Positions 8,498 to 18,501 of a DNA stretch of 64,000 bases are shown piece by piece. Made by a program: the position numbers and the translations under genes. Within the stretch, counting starts at the first letter, position 1; every line of letters starts with the position of its first letter. The stretch is from an uncultured Chloroflexia bacterium (GTDB lineage Bacteria; Chloroflexota; Limnocylindria; Limnocylindrales; CSP1-4): positions 768,001-832,000 of the forward strand of contig CAWEZH010000003.1 in NCBI GenBank assembly GCA_963813535.1, in the 5' to 3' direction. The notes below the pieces were generated by a model that saw nothing but the letters and a program-made list of their open reading frames with translations, made no database searches and was not told the origin of the DNA.

Positions 8498-10639
8498 ATG
8501 GCACGAACCCTCCCGGATCCGCGACGCCCGATCGCCCCATTCGGACCGCTCGCCAGCGCTCCCGTTCGACTCCTGCTGACCAGCGCCACGGTCCTGTTCG
8601 TCGAGCTGCTGCTGATCCGGTGGATCCCGGCGAACGTCCGATACGTGGGGTTCTTCAGCAACTTCCTGTTGATGGCGAGCTTCCTCGGCATCGGCCTTGG
8701 CATCCTGCTCGGCCGGCGCGGCGTCCGTCTGCCGATCTCGCCCTTCCCGATCCTGCTGCTCGTGACGGTCCTGCTCGTGTACGGCGCGCAGCTCAACATC
8801 CAGGCCCGCGACCCGAACGAGTTCTTCTTCGGGCTCGAGCAGTCCTCCAGTGCGGACACCAACTTCATCGTCCTGCCGCTGCTCGTCGTGCTGGTCACGG
8901 CCCTCATCGCGACCCTGGCGCTGCCCCTCGGCCCGCTGTTTCGGGCGATGCCGCCGCTGAAGGCGTACGCGATCGACATCGCCGGCTCGATGCTCGGGAT
9001 CGCGGCGTTCGCGGCACTCGCGTTGCTGGGGACCGACCCCGCCATCTGGTTCGTCGTCACCGGCGTCCTGCTCCTGCTCCTCGCGCTCGGCTCGGGGATC
9101 ACCCCGTGGTCGGCGATCGGGGGTGCCGCGATCGTGGTCGTGATCGCGTCGACGGCGATGGTCGCCGTCGCGTCGGGCGACGTGTGGTCACCGTATTACC
9201 GGGTCTCGGCATGGACGTCCCAGGAGGAGCGGACGTCGCTCGTCGATCCGGCGAGTCGACCGTTCAGCCTGTCGGTCGATGGCATCCCGCACCAGAACAT
9301 CCTCGATGGCGAGGCAGCCTCACGGAGCCAGGTCCACGATCAGGTCTACCGCTGGTTCCCGGAGCGGACGTTCGGCAAGGTCCTGGTGATCGGTGCCGGG
9401 TCGGGCTCGGACGTGGCGCTCGCGCTGGCGCGCGGCGCCGGCCATGTCGACGCGGTGGAGATCGACCCGGGGCTGGCCGCGATCGGCCGTCGGTATCACC
9501 CGGAAAAGGTCTACGACGACCCGCGGGTCACGGTCCACGTCAACGACGGGCGCGCGTTCCTCAACGCCACGACCGAGCGATACGACCTCGTCGTCTACGC
9601 CCTGACCGACTCCCTGACCCTGGCCAGCTCTGCCGCGAATGTCCGCCTGGAGTCATTCCTCTTCACCGAGCAGTCGTTCGCCGCGGCCAGGGATCATCTT
9701 GCGCCGGACGGCCTGTTCATCATGTACAACCTCTACCGCGAGCCATGGATCGTGGCCAAGCTGGACTCGATGCTCGGCACGGTCTTCGGTGACGATCGGA
9801 TGGTCCGGCTCGTCGGCCGCGTCGAGGCCGTGCTCGCCGCAGGGCCTGCGGTCACGGCTCTGGCTGGCGGACCGCCTCCCGGCGATCGCGTGGACGCCGT
9901 CCCGAGCGTCGGCCAGCCGACGCCACAGCACGCCACGGACGACTGGCCGTTCCTGTACCTCCGGACGGCGACGATCGCGCCGTACTACGTCGCGGCGCTC
10001 GTGTTCATCCTGGTCTTCGGTCTCATCGCCGTCCTGACCGCGGCTCGGGTGACGTCGACGCCGATCCGCCGCTTCAGTCCGCACTTCTTCGTGCTCGGCG
10101 TTGCGTTCATGCTGCTCGAGACGAAGAGCCTCGTGTCCTTCAGTCTCCTGTTCGGGACGACGTGGATCGTCAATGCTCTGGCCTTCTTCGCGATCCTGGC
10201 GAGCGTCCTGCTGGCGATCGGCATCAATGCGCGATTCGGGCCGCTGAAGCCCGCGTACCTGTACGCCGGGTTGTTCACGGCGATCGCCCTCGCCTACCTG
10301 TTGCCGCCGGACCGCTTGCTCATCGAGCCCGCCGCACTCCGCTACCTCGTCGCCGGCACCATCGCCTTCGCGCCCGTGTTCTTCGCGAACCTCGTCTTCA
10401 CGCATTCATTCCGTGATACCGAAGCGGCCGACATGGCGTTCGCGTCCAACCTGCTCGGGGCGATGGTGGGTGGCGCCCTGGAGTACGTCGCGCTCGTGAC
10501 CGGCTTCCAGGCCCTCCTGCTCGTCGTGGTGGCGCTGTACGTGTCCGCCTACGTGTTGTCCCATCGCTACCGACTCCTGGCCGACCGCGACCTCGTCTAC
10601 GAGCGACCGGGCGGTCTCGAGAGCGCGCCGAGCGGCTGA
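8498..10639 (+). CDS. Membrane protein with a central spermidine-synthase-like SAM-binding domain
   Basis: N- and C-terminal TM bundles; WSPYYRV, VLVIGAGSGSD, VEID, NDGRAFL and ESFLFT motifs. Confidence 0.75.
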   Translation: MARTLPDPRRPIAPFGPLASAPVRLLLTSATVLFVELLLIRWIPANVRYVGFFSNFLLMASFLGIGLGILLGRRGVRLPISPFPILLLVTVLLVYGAQLNIQARDPNEFFFGLEQSSSADTNFIVLPLLVVLVTALIATLALPLGPLFRAMPPLKAYAIDIAGSMLGIAAFAALALLGTDPAIWFVVTGVLLLLLALGSGITPWSAIGGAAIVVVIASTAMVAVASGDVWSPYYRVSAWTSQEERTSLVDPASRPFSLSVDGIPHQNILDGEAASRSQVHDQVYRWFPERTFGKVLVIGAGSGSDVALALARGAGHVDAVEIDPGLAAIGRRYHPEKVYDDPRVTVHVNDGRAFLNATTERYDLVVYALTDSLTLASSAANVRLESFLFTEQSFAAARDHLAPDGLFIMYNLYREPWIVAKLDSMLGTVFGDDRMVRLVGRVEAVLAAGPAVTALAGGPPPGDRVDAVPSVGQPTPQHATDDWPFLYLRTATIAPYYVAALVFILVFGLIAVLTAARVTSTPIRRFSPHFFVLGVAFMLLETKSLVSFSLLFGTTWIVNALAFFAILASVLLAIGINARFGPLKPAYLYAGLFTAIALAYLLPPDRLLIEPAALRYLVAGTIAFAPVFFANLVFTHSFRDTEAADMAFASNLLGAMVGGALEYVALVTGFQALLLVVVALYVSAYVLSHRYRLLADRDLVYERPGGLESAPSG

Positions 10640-10649
10640 CCGGCGGCGA

Positions 10650-12908
10650 CTACGGCTGCGTCGCGTCCCCGAAGAGACGGCGCAGGAGGAAGTACTCGGG
10701 CCGTGGGCGGTCATCGGTGATCAACGCGCCCGGCCCGACGTACTCGCGAACCGCAGCGCCGGCCAGCCACGTCTGCCGATCGATGACGTCGATCCAGGCG
10801 TCGATGTCGGACGCCGGCGAGTCATACGCCGACGAGATGTCCTCGAGCACCCCCGGGCGAGCCAGGACCGCTCTCGCCACCTCCGGATCGAGCTCGATCG
10901 GCGCGTCGGAGCCCATCATGTAGAAGCCGTAGCCGCCCGCGCCGCGCACGATCAGCACCTCGGGATACACCTCGGCGAAGGTCCGGATGTGCTCCTTGAG
11001 CTCCGACTCCCTGGCCCCGAACGGGACCCATTGCATCATCACGCCGTCCTGGGTGAGGTGGGCGTGCCCGGCCTGGTAATACTCGAGCGACGAGATGACC
11101 GAGGCACCCGAGCTCTCGATCGGTGGCGGCGGGTCGGTCACGATGATGTCGAAGCGCTCCGTCTCGAGCTCCAGGTGGTTGCGACCGTCGGCCACGACCA
11201 GGTGCCCGTCCGGGTCGGCCAGGACGGCCTCGGCGTCCGGGTAGTACCAGCCGAACATCCGCGGCACGGAGGGCACGAGCTCGACCACGTCGGTCCGCAT
11301 GCCGGTGATGAGCGACGACCGGAACGCGGTGCCCATGCCGAACGCGACGACCAACGCCCGGTCGGACTCCGGACGGGCGATGAGCGGCAGGACCGGCATC
11401 AGCTTCGCGTCGACGGTGAGGAGCGTCATCGACGTTCCCGCCACCCACAGCTCCGGCGTTGACGACTTCTGCCCGGCCTGGACCGAGGCGATCTCGTCCT
11501 CGCTCGACGCGAAGATCCGGCCGCCCAGTGACTCGATCAGGGCGACGTTCGGCTGGACGATCGCGCCGGGCCGCGTCGACACGAAGATCGTCACCACGAT
11601 CATGCCGACGGCTGCCGATGACAACCACGCCGATCGTCGGCCGGCGAGGATCGCGAGCACCGCCCCGAGGGCTGCGTTCGTGATCGCCAGCACGATGATG
11701 ATCGCGGGCGACCCGATCGTCGGCATGAGCACGAACGGGATCACGACGCTACCGATGATCGCGCCGCTCGTGTTCGACGCCAGGAGGGCGCCCGATTCCG
11801 ATCCGGCTTCACCGAGCTCGTCGCGGAGCAGCGCCGAGGCCGTCGGGAAGGCGATGCCGAGGATGGTCGCCACCGGCAGCACCACCACGATCGCGGCGAC
11901 GACGAGGGCACGTACGGACGCGACCGGGTCGCCCGGGTCGAGCGGTCGAGGCGAGCTGATGACGGTGAACAGGCCCACGATGGCGAGGGCCGCCACGGCG
12001 ACCTGCGAGAACGCGAGGACCCGCAGCGGACTGCGGATCCGCGGTCGCAGCCAGGTGAACAGGACGGCGCCGATGGCGATCCCCGTGAGGAACAACGCGA
12101 GGACCGCGGTGAAGACGTACGTGTAGCCCCCGGTGCCGGAGGTCAGCAAGCGCGTCCAGGTGACCTGGTAGCCGAGCGAGGTCAGGCCGGACAGGAAGGC
12201 GATCGCGAGCGCCAGGGCGATCGATGGTCGGCGCCCCGGACCGCTCTCGACGGCAGCGGGAGCCGCGGTCGTCCGCCGCTCCGGAGATCCGACCGGGCGG
12301 TCGTCGCGCGCCAGCCACAGGGCGATCAGGCCGGCGATCGCTGAGCATGTCGCGCCGACGAGCAGCGCGCCCGAGAGGCCCAGCAGCTCGATCAGGACGA
12401 GGCCGGCCACGAGCGTGCCCAGCACGGCGCCGATGGTGTTCGCCGAGTACAGCCGCCCAAAGGCCTCGCTCAGGGCCTCGTCGCGGGCGAAATGCCGGAC
12501 GAGCGCCGGGAACGTCGCGCCCATCATCACCGTGGCCGGAGCCAGCGCCAGGACGGCGAGCGCAAGCCGGACGAGGACGAGCATCGGCGTGCCCTCGATC
12601 GACGGATACACGGCGCGATACGCCTCGTGGATCAGCCGGAACGACAGCGGCGTGGCGATGACGACGACGACCAGCAGCAGCTCGAGCACGCCGTACATGC
12701 GAAGCGGTGACCGGACGCGATCGGCGATCCGCCCGCCGAGCACCGCGCCGATCGCCATGCCTCCGAAGAAGCCGGCGAGGATGGCCGACACGGCCTGGGT
12801 CGTGTTGCCGAACACGAGGACGAGCTGGCGGGACCAGACGATCTCGTAGATGAGGCCCGCGGCCCCCGACAGCACGAAGATACCCACGATGGGGGCGGTT
12901 CGGCGCAT
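10650..12908 (-). CDS. Fused MFS-like/spermidine-synthase-like membrane protein
   Basis: SGAAGLIYEIVW duplicated as SGLTSLGYQVTW; LYSANTIGA; C-terminal VVAFGMG, VELV, DGRNHL, DIIVTDPPP and ITDDRP motifs. Confidence 0.8.
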   Translation of the reverse strand: MRRTAPIVGIFVLSGAAGLIYEIVWSRQLVLVFGNTTQAVSAILAGFFGGMAIGAVLGGRIADRVRSPLRMYGVLELLLVVVVIATPLSFRLIHEAYRAVYPSIEGTPMLVLVRLALAVLALAPATVMMGATFPALVRHFARDEALSEAFGRLYSANTIGAVLGTLVAGLVLIELLGLSGALLVGATCSAIAGLIALWLARDDRPVGSPERRTTAAPAAVESGPGRRPSIALALAIAFLSGLTSLGYQVTWTRLLTSGTGGYTYVFTAVLALFLTGIAIGAVLFTWLRPRIRSPLRVLAFSQVAVAALAIVGLFTVISSPRPLDPGDPVASVRALVVAAIVVVLPVATILGIAFPTASALLRDELGEAGSESGALLASNTSGAIIGSVVIPFVLMPTIGSPAIIIVLAITNAALGAVLAILAGRRSAWLSSAAVGMIVVTIFVSTRPGAIVQPNVALIESLGGRIFASSEDEIASVQAGQKSSTPELWVAGTSMTLLTVDAKLMPVLPLIARPESDRALVVAFGMGTAFRSSLITGMRTDVVELVPSVPRMFGWYYPDAEAVLADPDGHLVVADGRNHLELETERFDIIVTDPPPPIESSGASVISSLEYYQAGHAHLTQDGVMMQWVPFGARESELKEHIRTFAEVYPEVLIVRGAGGYGFYMMGSDAPIELDPEVARAVLARPGVLEDISSAYDSPASDIDAWIDVIDRQTWLAGAAVREYVGPGALITDDRPRPEYFLLRRLFGDATQP

Positions 12909-12963
12909 CGGCGCAGTCTCGCATGCCGTCTCGCCAGACGTCGGTTCACCTACCATCGCGGGG

Positions 12964-14454
12964 ATGTCCACCGGGATGTGGCGGCTCCTGAGCGACCGAG
13001 GACCGATGGGCCGGTCGATCTCGGCGGTCATCCTGGCCGGGGCCTGGGTGTCGTCCTGGCGTCCGCAGATCGACGAGGACGCCTGGTGGCATGTCGCCTA
13101 CGGTCGGGTCATCGTCGAGAGCGGAGCGATCCCGCCCGTCGAACGTTTCAGCTGGCTGACCGAGGGCTCGCCACTGTTCCTGCACAGCTGGGCGTGGGAC
13201 GTGCTGCTGTCCTGGGCGGATCGGCTCGGAGGACCGACCGGGATGAGCATCCTCGGCCTGCCGTTCCTGGCCGCCGTGGTCGGGCTGCTGTGGCTGGTCA
13301 TCGGATCGGTGGCGCCGGATATCCCGCCGATCCCGCGCGCGTCGCTGGTGCTCATCGGCATGCTCGCCGGCCTAGGGTTCTGGGGCGCCAGGGGCCTCAC
13401 GCTCGATGTCGTGTTCGTGCTCGCGACCGTCCTCGTCATCTCGACCTACCTCGCGCGGGGCTCGAGGACCGGGCTCTACGTGCTGCCGGTGATCGGCCTG
13501 CTCTGGGCGAACCTCCACGGCAGCGGCGTGCCGGCCCTCGGCGTGTGCCTCGCGACGGCGCTTGTCGCGATCCCGCTCGCGCGACGACTCGGGTCATGGC
13601 CGGATCGATCGGTGGGGCCGCTCGCCGTGGCATCGGGGGTCGCGCTCGCCGCGACCCTCGTCAACCCATACCTGTTCCGCCTCTGGACGTATCCGCTCGA
13701 TCGAGGCGTGGCGAGCGCATTCTCGCCGGCGATCGTCGAGTGGCGACCGCCCGATCTCGCGGCACCGGAGCTGTTCGTCGCCAGGCTGCTCCTCCCGCTC
13801 GCTGTAGTGGTGCTCTGGCGGACGCGTGCGTCGGTGGCGCACCCCTTCGTCATCCTGATGGCGGCGGGCTGGACGTTCGCTGCGCTCGGGGCGGCCCGGT
13901 TCGTCCCGATCGCGGCCGCGATTCTCGTGGTCGTCGTCGCGGCGTCGGCGAGCGCGACCTCGTCCGAGGCCGGCGAGGAGAACGAGGCTGGTTCACAGCC
14001 GGCACCCGGAGGGCTGGCGGTGGCCGTCGTCACGGCAGCGATCGTCGCCGTCCTCGTTGTCATCGGCGCGAGCTACATCACGCCGGCGGCTCAGACGGCC
14101 GCGATCGCCCACCGCGAGCCTGTCGCGGCCGTCGAGGCGCTCCGCGCCGCGAACTGCCCAGGGCGTCTGCTCGCGGCGTACGGCTGGGGCGGCTATGTCA
14201 TCCGTCTCGCCGACCGGCCCGTGGCCGCGTACGGGAACTCGCCCGAACGCGCCCTGACCGAGCAGACCGCGGTAGAGCTCGTGACGAGCGATCCCCGGCC
14301 CTGGCTGGAGGAGCATGCCGTCGATGTCGTGCTGGTCCATGCCGGCGGTCCGCTGTCGCGATGGCTCGACGAGGCGGACGACTGGGACCGGGGCTACGAG
14401 GATGCCCAGGCCACCATCCACGTTCGGGGCGACACCCCCGGCTGCGCGTTCTGA
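12964..14454 (+). CDS. Multi-pass membrane protein, probable GT-C-fold glycosyltransferase (DAWWH...WANLHG family)
   Basis: DEDAWWHVAYG, WANLHGS, IVEWRPP and YGWGGY motifs; paralogue of 3645-5054. Start set by TACCAT-N7-ATG. Confidence 0.6.
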   Translation: MSTGMWRLLSDRGPMGRSISAVILAGAWVSSWRPQIDEDAWWHVAYGRVIVESGAIPPVERFSWLTEGSPLFLHSWAWDVLLSWADRLGGPTGMSILGLPFLAAVVGLLWLVIGSVAPDIPPIPRASLVLIGMLAGLGFWGARGLTLDVVFVLATVLVISTYLARGSRTGLYVLPVIGLLWANLHGSGVPALGVCLATALVAIPLARRLGSWPDRSVGPLAVASGVALAATLVNPYLFRLWTYPLDRGVASAFSPAIVEWRPPDLAAPELFVARLLLPLAVVVLWRTRASVAHPFVILMAAGWTFAALGAARFVPIAAAILVVVVAASASATSSEAGEENEAGSQPAPGGLAVAVVTAAIVAVLVVIGASYITPAAQTAAIAHREPVAAVEALRAANCPGRLLAAYGWGGYVIRLADRPVAAYGNSPERALTEQTAVELVTSDPRPWLEEHAVDVVLVHAGGPLSRWLDEADDWDRGYEDAQATIHVRGDTPGCAF

Positions 14455-14456
14455 GG

Positions 14457-15362
14457 TCAGGCCGGCGCTGCGGCGTCCCTAGCGACGCTCCGCGGTGGGT
14501 TGCGCCACAGGGGCACGAGCGCCACCAGCAGGCTCAATGACGTCACCCAGAACGTCGGGTTGGCGATGATCAGCGCGACCACGAAGAGCGTCTCGCCGAC
14601 CCGCTCGTCCTTCGTCCAGCCGCCCTGTCCACCGGCGTCTGCCGCCCGCCGCGCGACCATCCCGGCGGCCACGATGACGCCGACGGCCACGACTGCGCGA
14701 ACCGCGAACGGGACCGGGATGATGCTCGCGCCCACACCGGCGGCGTCGGCCACGATGACGTCCAGGAACTGGCGCCATGCCTCGGGCGAGATGGCGACGC
14801 TGACGGCGAGCATGGCGAGGCCCAGTCCGCCCATCACGATCGCATCGCGGTAACGCCGCGCGATGAGGAAATACACGAGTCCGAGCGCTGGTGCGCCTTT
14901 GATCGCCGCCGCGACCGCGAGCCACGCCGAGGACCGGCGCAGGCCGAGCACGATCAGCACCGCCAGGACCAGGTGGATGTTGCGGTACCAGAGCTCGACG
15001 GCGACCGGGATGAATGCGACGAGGGCCAGCATCACGAGCGGCTGTCGCCCGGCGAGCCACCACAGGCAGACCAGCAGCAGCGCCGTCCAGGCCGCGACGT
15101 AGACCGCATCGGGGACGAATGCCGTGAACGGCGCGAGCACCTGGGCCAGCGGTGGCGGATAGAAGTAGGCGTACGGCGTGCCCGGCTGCGCGGTCGGGTC
15201 ATACAGGGGCTCGCCGGCCAGCAGGCGCTTCGCGGCCAGCCAGTAGGCGTACTCGTCGGACGGTGTACCCCAGCGGGTCACCGCCACGATGAGCAGCAGG
15301 CAGCCGCCGATGACGGCAAGGACCAGCAACCAGACAGGCGGCCGCGGCGCACGGAGCGTCAT
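14457..15362 (-). CDS. GT87/DUF2029-like membrane glycosyltransferase
   Basis: SDEYAYW, GEPLY, YFYPPPLA, RNIHLVLA and AIKGAP motifs. Start MTLRAPR at 15362. Confidence 0.75.
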   Translation of the reverse strand: MTLRAPRPPVWLLVLAVIGGCLLLIVAVTRWGTPSDEYAYWLAAKRLLAGEPLYDPTAQPGTPYAYFYPPPLAQVLAPFTAFVPDAVYVAAWTALLLVCLWWLAGRQPLVMLALVAFIPVAVELWYRNIHLVLAVLIVLGLRRSSAWLAVAAAIKGAPALGLVYFLIARRYRDAIVMGGLGLAMLAVSVAISPEAWRQFLDVIVADAAGVGASIIPVPFAVRAVVAVGVIVAAGMVARRAADAGGQGGWTKDERVGETLFVVALIIANPTFWVTSLSLLVALVPLWRNPPRSVARDAAAPA

Positions 15363-15370
15363 GCCGTCGC

Positions 15371-16606
15371 TCACAGGTTGTACGCCCAGTACACGCCGAT
15401 CGCCATGACCGCGATCCCGAATGCGATCAGGATCTTCCAGCCCCAGCCGATCCCGCCCCGCGCCACCGCCGCCAGGCCGCACAGCGCGATGACGAACGGC
15501 ACCGAATCGAGGAAGTAGCGGTACCCGTACTGGAGCCAGCCGCCGCCGTAGTAGAGGAGCGTCGGGACCAGGACGAGGACCGCGGCGGCGGCCAGGAGCC
15601 AGGACTGCGGGCGTCGCCGATCCGCACGGAGCGCGAAGAGCAAGCCCGGGCTGGTGATGAGCACCGACATGCCGAGGCCGTCCGGCCGCAGGAACGGCCA
15701 GCCGGCGATGACGCGCGGGACATGCAGCAGGAAGTAGTCGATGTTCATCGGGATGTGGCGGATCGAGAAGAGCCCGATGTCCCGCTGCCGGGCCAGCCAC
15801 TCTGGCAGCGTCGCCAGCGCATACCCGGATTCCAGTGGACTGCCGAAGCGCACGTGGTTGTAGGCGAAGAAGAAGAGGATCGAGGGCGCGACGCCGGCCG
15901 CCAGCTCCAGCCAGGGTCGCCACGGGATGACGTTCCGCGCTCGCTCGACATAGGCGCCTGCCTGCGTCGCCTCCGACCAGCGAACCGGTCGCTCAGCGAA
16001 CCAGCCCAGCCATATCGCGTAGACCGGGATCGCGAACGCGACCGGGGCGCGCGTCAGGAAGGCCGCGCCGGCACACAGTCCGATGAGCCACGCCCGTTGC
16101 CGACCGAAGAGCTCGAGAAGGCACACGAAGGTGAGGATGGTCGCGATGAGCTGACCGGTGTGCCAGACGCCGCCACGCGTCGTGACCCACAGGATCTGCG
16201 TCGAGAACCCGAACAGCGCGGTCAGCCAGGCCCGATCGGTCAGTCGAGCGACGCCGACCCGACCGAGCGTCCACCAGCACATCCCGACCGAGATGGCGGC
16301 AAGCAGCGCGTTGACGCCGGATTCGACCTGGTCCGCCCGGAGGGGACCCAGGACGGCGACGAGGGGCATGAGCACGATCGCCGGGAATGGGGCGAAGGGG
16401 ACGTAATAGCGGCCGTCGACGGGGATGACGTCGTTCGGGCCCAACGGGAATGTCAGCCACGTCCGACCGTGGAGGAAGGCGTCGGCCAGGAAGAAGAAGT
16501 CGCCGCGCCCGGCGTCGAACTGCCGGTTCGCCAGCCAGTACAGGACGGCGGCGACGCCGACGAGTCCCAGGCCGATCAGCGTCGGTCGGTCAGGTCGACC
16601 CCTCAC
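15371..16606 (-). CDS. Multi-pass membrane protein, probable GT-C-fold glycosyltransferase
   Basis: GDFFFLADAFLHG, YYVPFAPFPA, AFLTR, YNHVRFGSPLESGY and QYGYRYFLD motifs. Confidence 0.6.
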   Translation of the reverse strand: MRGRPDRPTLIGLGLVGVAAVLYWLANRQFDAGRGDFFFLADAFLHGRTWLTFPLGPNDVIPVDGRYYVPFAPFPAIVLMPLVAVLGPLRADQVESGVNALLAAISVGMCWWTLGRVGVARLTDRAWLTALFGFSTQILWVTTRGGVWHTGQLIATILTFVCLLELFGRQRAWLIGLCAGAAFLTRAPVAFAIPVYAIWLGWFAERPVRWSEATQAGAYVERARNVIPWRPWLELAAGVAPSILFFFAYNHVRFGSPLESGYALATLPEWLARQRDIGLFSIRHIPMNIDYFLLHVPRVIAGWPFLRPDGLGMSVLITSPGLLFALRADRRRPQSWLLAAAAVLVLVPTLLYYGGGWLQYGYRYFLDSVPFVIALCGLAAVARGGIGWGWKILIAFGIAVMAIGVYWAYNL

Positions 16607-17704
16607 CTCGCGAGCGCCTCACCGATGCTCTGGCGGGGATCCCTGGCCGCGTGGCCGACGAGGAACACCACGACCAGCGTGAGCCAGAAGATCGCCGGGA
16701 TAGAGGAACGCGGGCGTGATCCCCACGAGGGGCCACGCCGTGGCGAGCGGGATCGCGATCGCCCACCACCGACCGGCGGACAGCAGGTACGCGACGGGTA
16801 GCAACAGGAGCATCGCGTAGTGGTCCCACAGGATCGGTGACACCAACTGGCTGACCACGACGGCGACCATGTACGACGCTTCGTCGGTCGCCAGGCGGAT
16901 GGCGGCGACGAGGGCGACCCCGGCCGCGATGGTGCTCGCGAGCTGGATCGGGCCGGCCAGCTCGGCGGAGATGCCCGCAGCGAACGCGACGGCGCCCGGC
17001 GTCAGGTTGTGTTCGGTCCGGATCGGGTCGCTCACCGTGCGGATCAGGGTCAGGAAATCGGCCCAGGCCGTGGGGCCCGCGATCACGGTCGCGATCAGCG
17101 CGAGCGCGACGAGCGTGACGCCACCCGCCACGACTGCGCGGAAACGCGAGGTCAACAGGGCCCAGACAAGGAGGATGCCCGGCTGGATCTTGATCGCGGC
17201 GCCGAGCGCAGCGGCGACGCCGAACGCGATCGGCCGATCCAGCCAGCGCCAGCCGAGCGCGAAGAGGCAGAAGAGCACGGGCCCGACCTGCCCCAGCTTC
17301 ACCGCGTACACGAACGGGAACGACCAGCCCGCCAGGAGGATCGTCCACCAGCGGACCGCCATCGATACCGGCATCGCGGCCACGCCGACGATGAACGCCG
17401 CGATCGAGATGGCGATCCACGCCCACGTCGCGGTCGACGCACTCAGGAACCCGAACGGCAGCAGCAGAGGCGCGAACGTGGGCGGGTAGTAGAACAGTCC
17501 GAAGCCACCCGTCTCCGTGTACGACATGTCGTACAGCGGCTGACCCGTCAGCAGCCGCTCCGCGGCCTGGTGGTAGGCGAGGAAGTCATAGCCGAGCGTG
17601 TCGCCCGCGACCGCCAGGGTCGCGCCGAGGCCGGCAACGAAGGAGAGGATGGCCACGACGGGCAGGGCAGCCCGTGCGAGGCGACTGATGGCCTGGCGGT
17701 CCAT
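16603..17704 (-). pseudogene. GT87-like glycosyltransferase with a +1 frameshift near the C-terminus (real lesion or assembly error)
   Basis: GYDFLAY, FYYPPTFA, GQV, IKIQPG and SPILWDHY motifs. Removing one G at 16697-16699 restores a final TM helix (YPAIFWLTLVVVFLVG) and a stop overlapping the next GTG. Confidence 0.75.
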
Positions 17705-18501
17705 CACGCACGTTCGGCGGCGCGGCGGCGACTGCCTCGGTGCAGGAAGGGGATACGGAACAGGTCCCAGGCCACGCGCAGCGCAAGCGCCGGCCGCGCC
17801 CGCATCCTCGATCCGCGCTTGTCGAACCAGCGGATCGGCACGATCGCCAGCCGATACCCGCGTCGACGCGCGAGATAGATCAGCTCGACGTCGAACACGA
17901 TGCTCGTGACGCGCTGGCGCTCGAACAGGTCCCGGGCGACGTCGCGGGTGAACCCCTTGAAGCCGCACTGCGTGTCCTGCACTGGGCCGACGACCCAGAG
18001 CGACGCCAGCAGGTGGAACGCCTTCCCGAGGAGTCGTCGATAGCCGGGCTGCGATGCGCGCATGTCGGAGCCATCGGCCTGGATCCGCGACCCAAGGGCG
18101 ACGTCGTGGTCGCCGAGCGCGGCCACGAGGAGCGGGATCTGGTCCGGCGGCGTCGCCATGTCGGCATCGGCGAAGAGCACGAGGTCACCCTCTGCGGCGA
18201 GCATCCCCGCCCGGACCGCCGCGCCCTTGCCACCGTGGGGCACGCGTAGCACATGCAGCCGGACGCCGGGTACGGAGCCGGCGGCCTCCGGGCGGCTCTG
18301 GACCTTGGCGACCGTGTCGTCCGTGCTGCCGTCGTCGACGACAAGGACATCGATCGACCCGGGCAGAGCTGCAGCGCCGGGCGCGCCGTCGCGGCCGTGC
18401 TGATCGCGCCGCGCGAGATACCCGAACAGCTCGTCGAGCGCCGGACCGATCCGGTCACCCTCATCGAACGCCGGCAGGATGAGGGTCAGGCCGGTCGTCA
18501 C
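17704..18501 (-). CDS. GT2 dolichyl/polyprenyl-phosphate beta-glucosyltransferase-like (ALG5-like)
   Basis: ILPAFDE, VVDDGSTD, GKGAAVRAGM, FADADMAT, DTQCGFKGF and FDVELI motifs. Confidence 0.88.
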   Translation of the reverse strand: MTTGLTLILPAFDEGDRIGPALDELFGYLARRDQHGRDGAPGAAALPGSIDVLVVDDGSTDDTVAKVQSRPEAAGSVPGVRLHVLRVPHGGKGAAVRAGMLAAEGDLVLFADADMATPPDQIPLLVAALGDHDVALGSRIQADGSDMRASQPGYRRLLGKAFHLLASLWVVGPVQDTQCGFKGFTRDVARDLFERQRVTSIVFDVELIYLARRRGYRLAIVPIRWFDKRGSRMRARPALALRVAWDLFRIPFLHRGSRRRAAERA

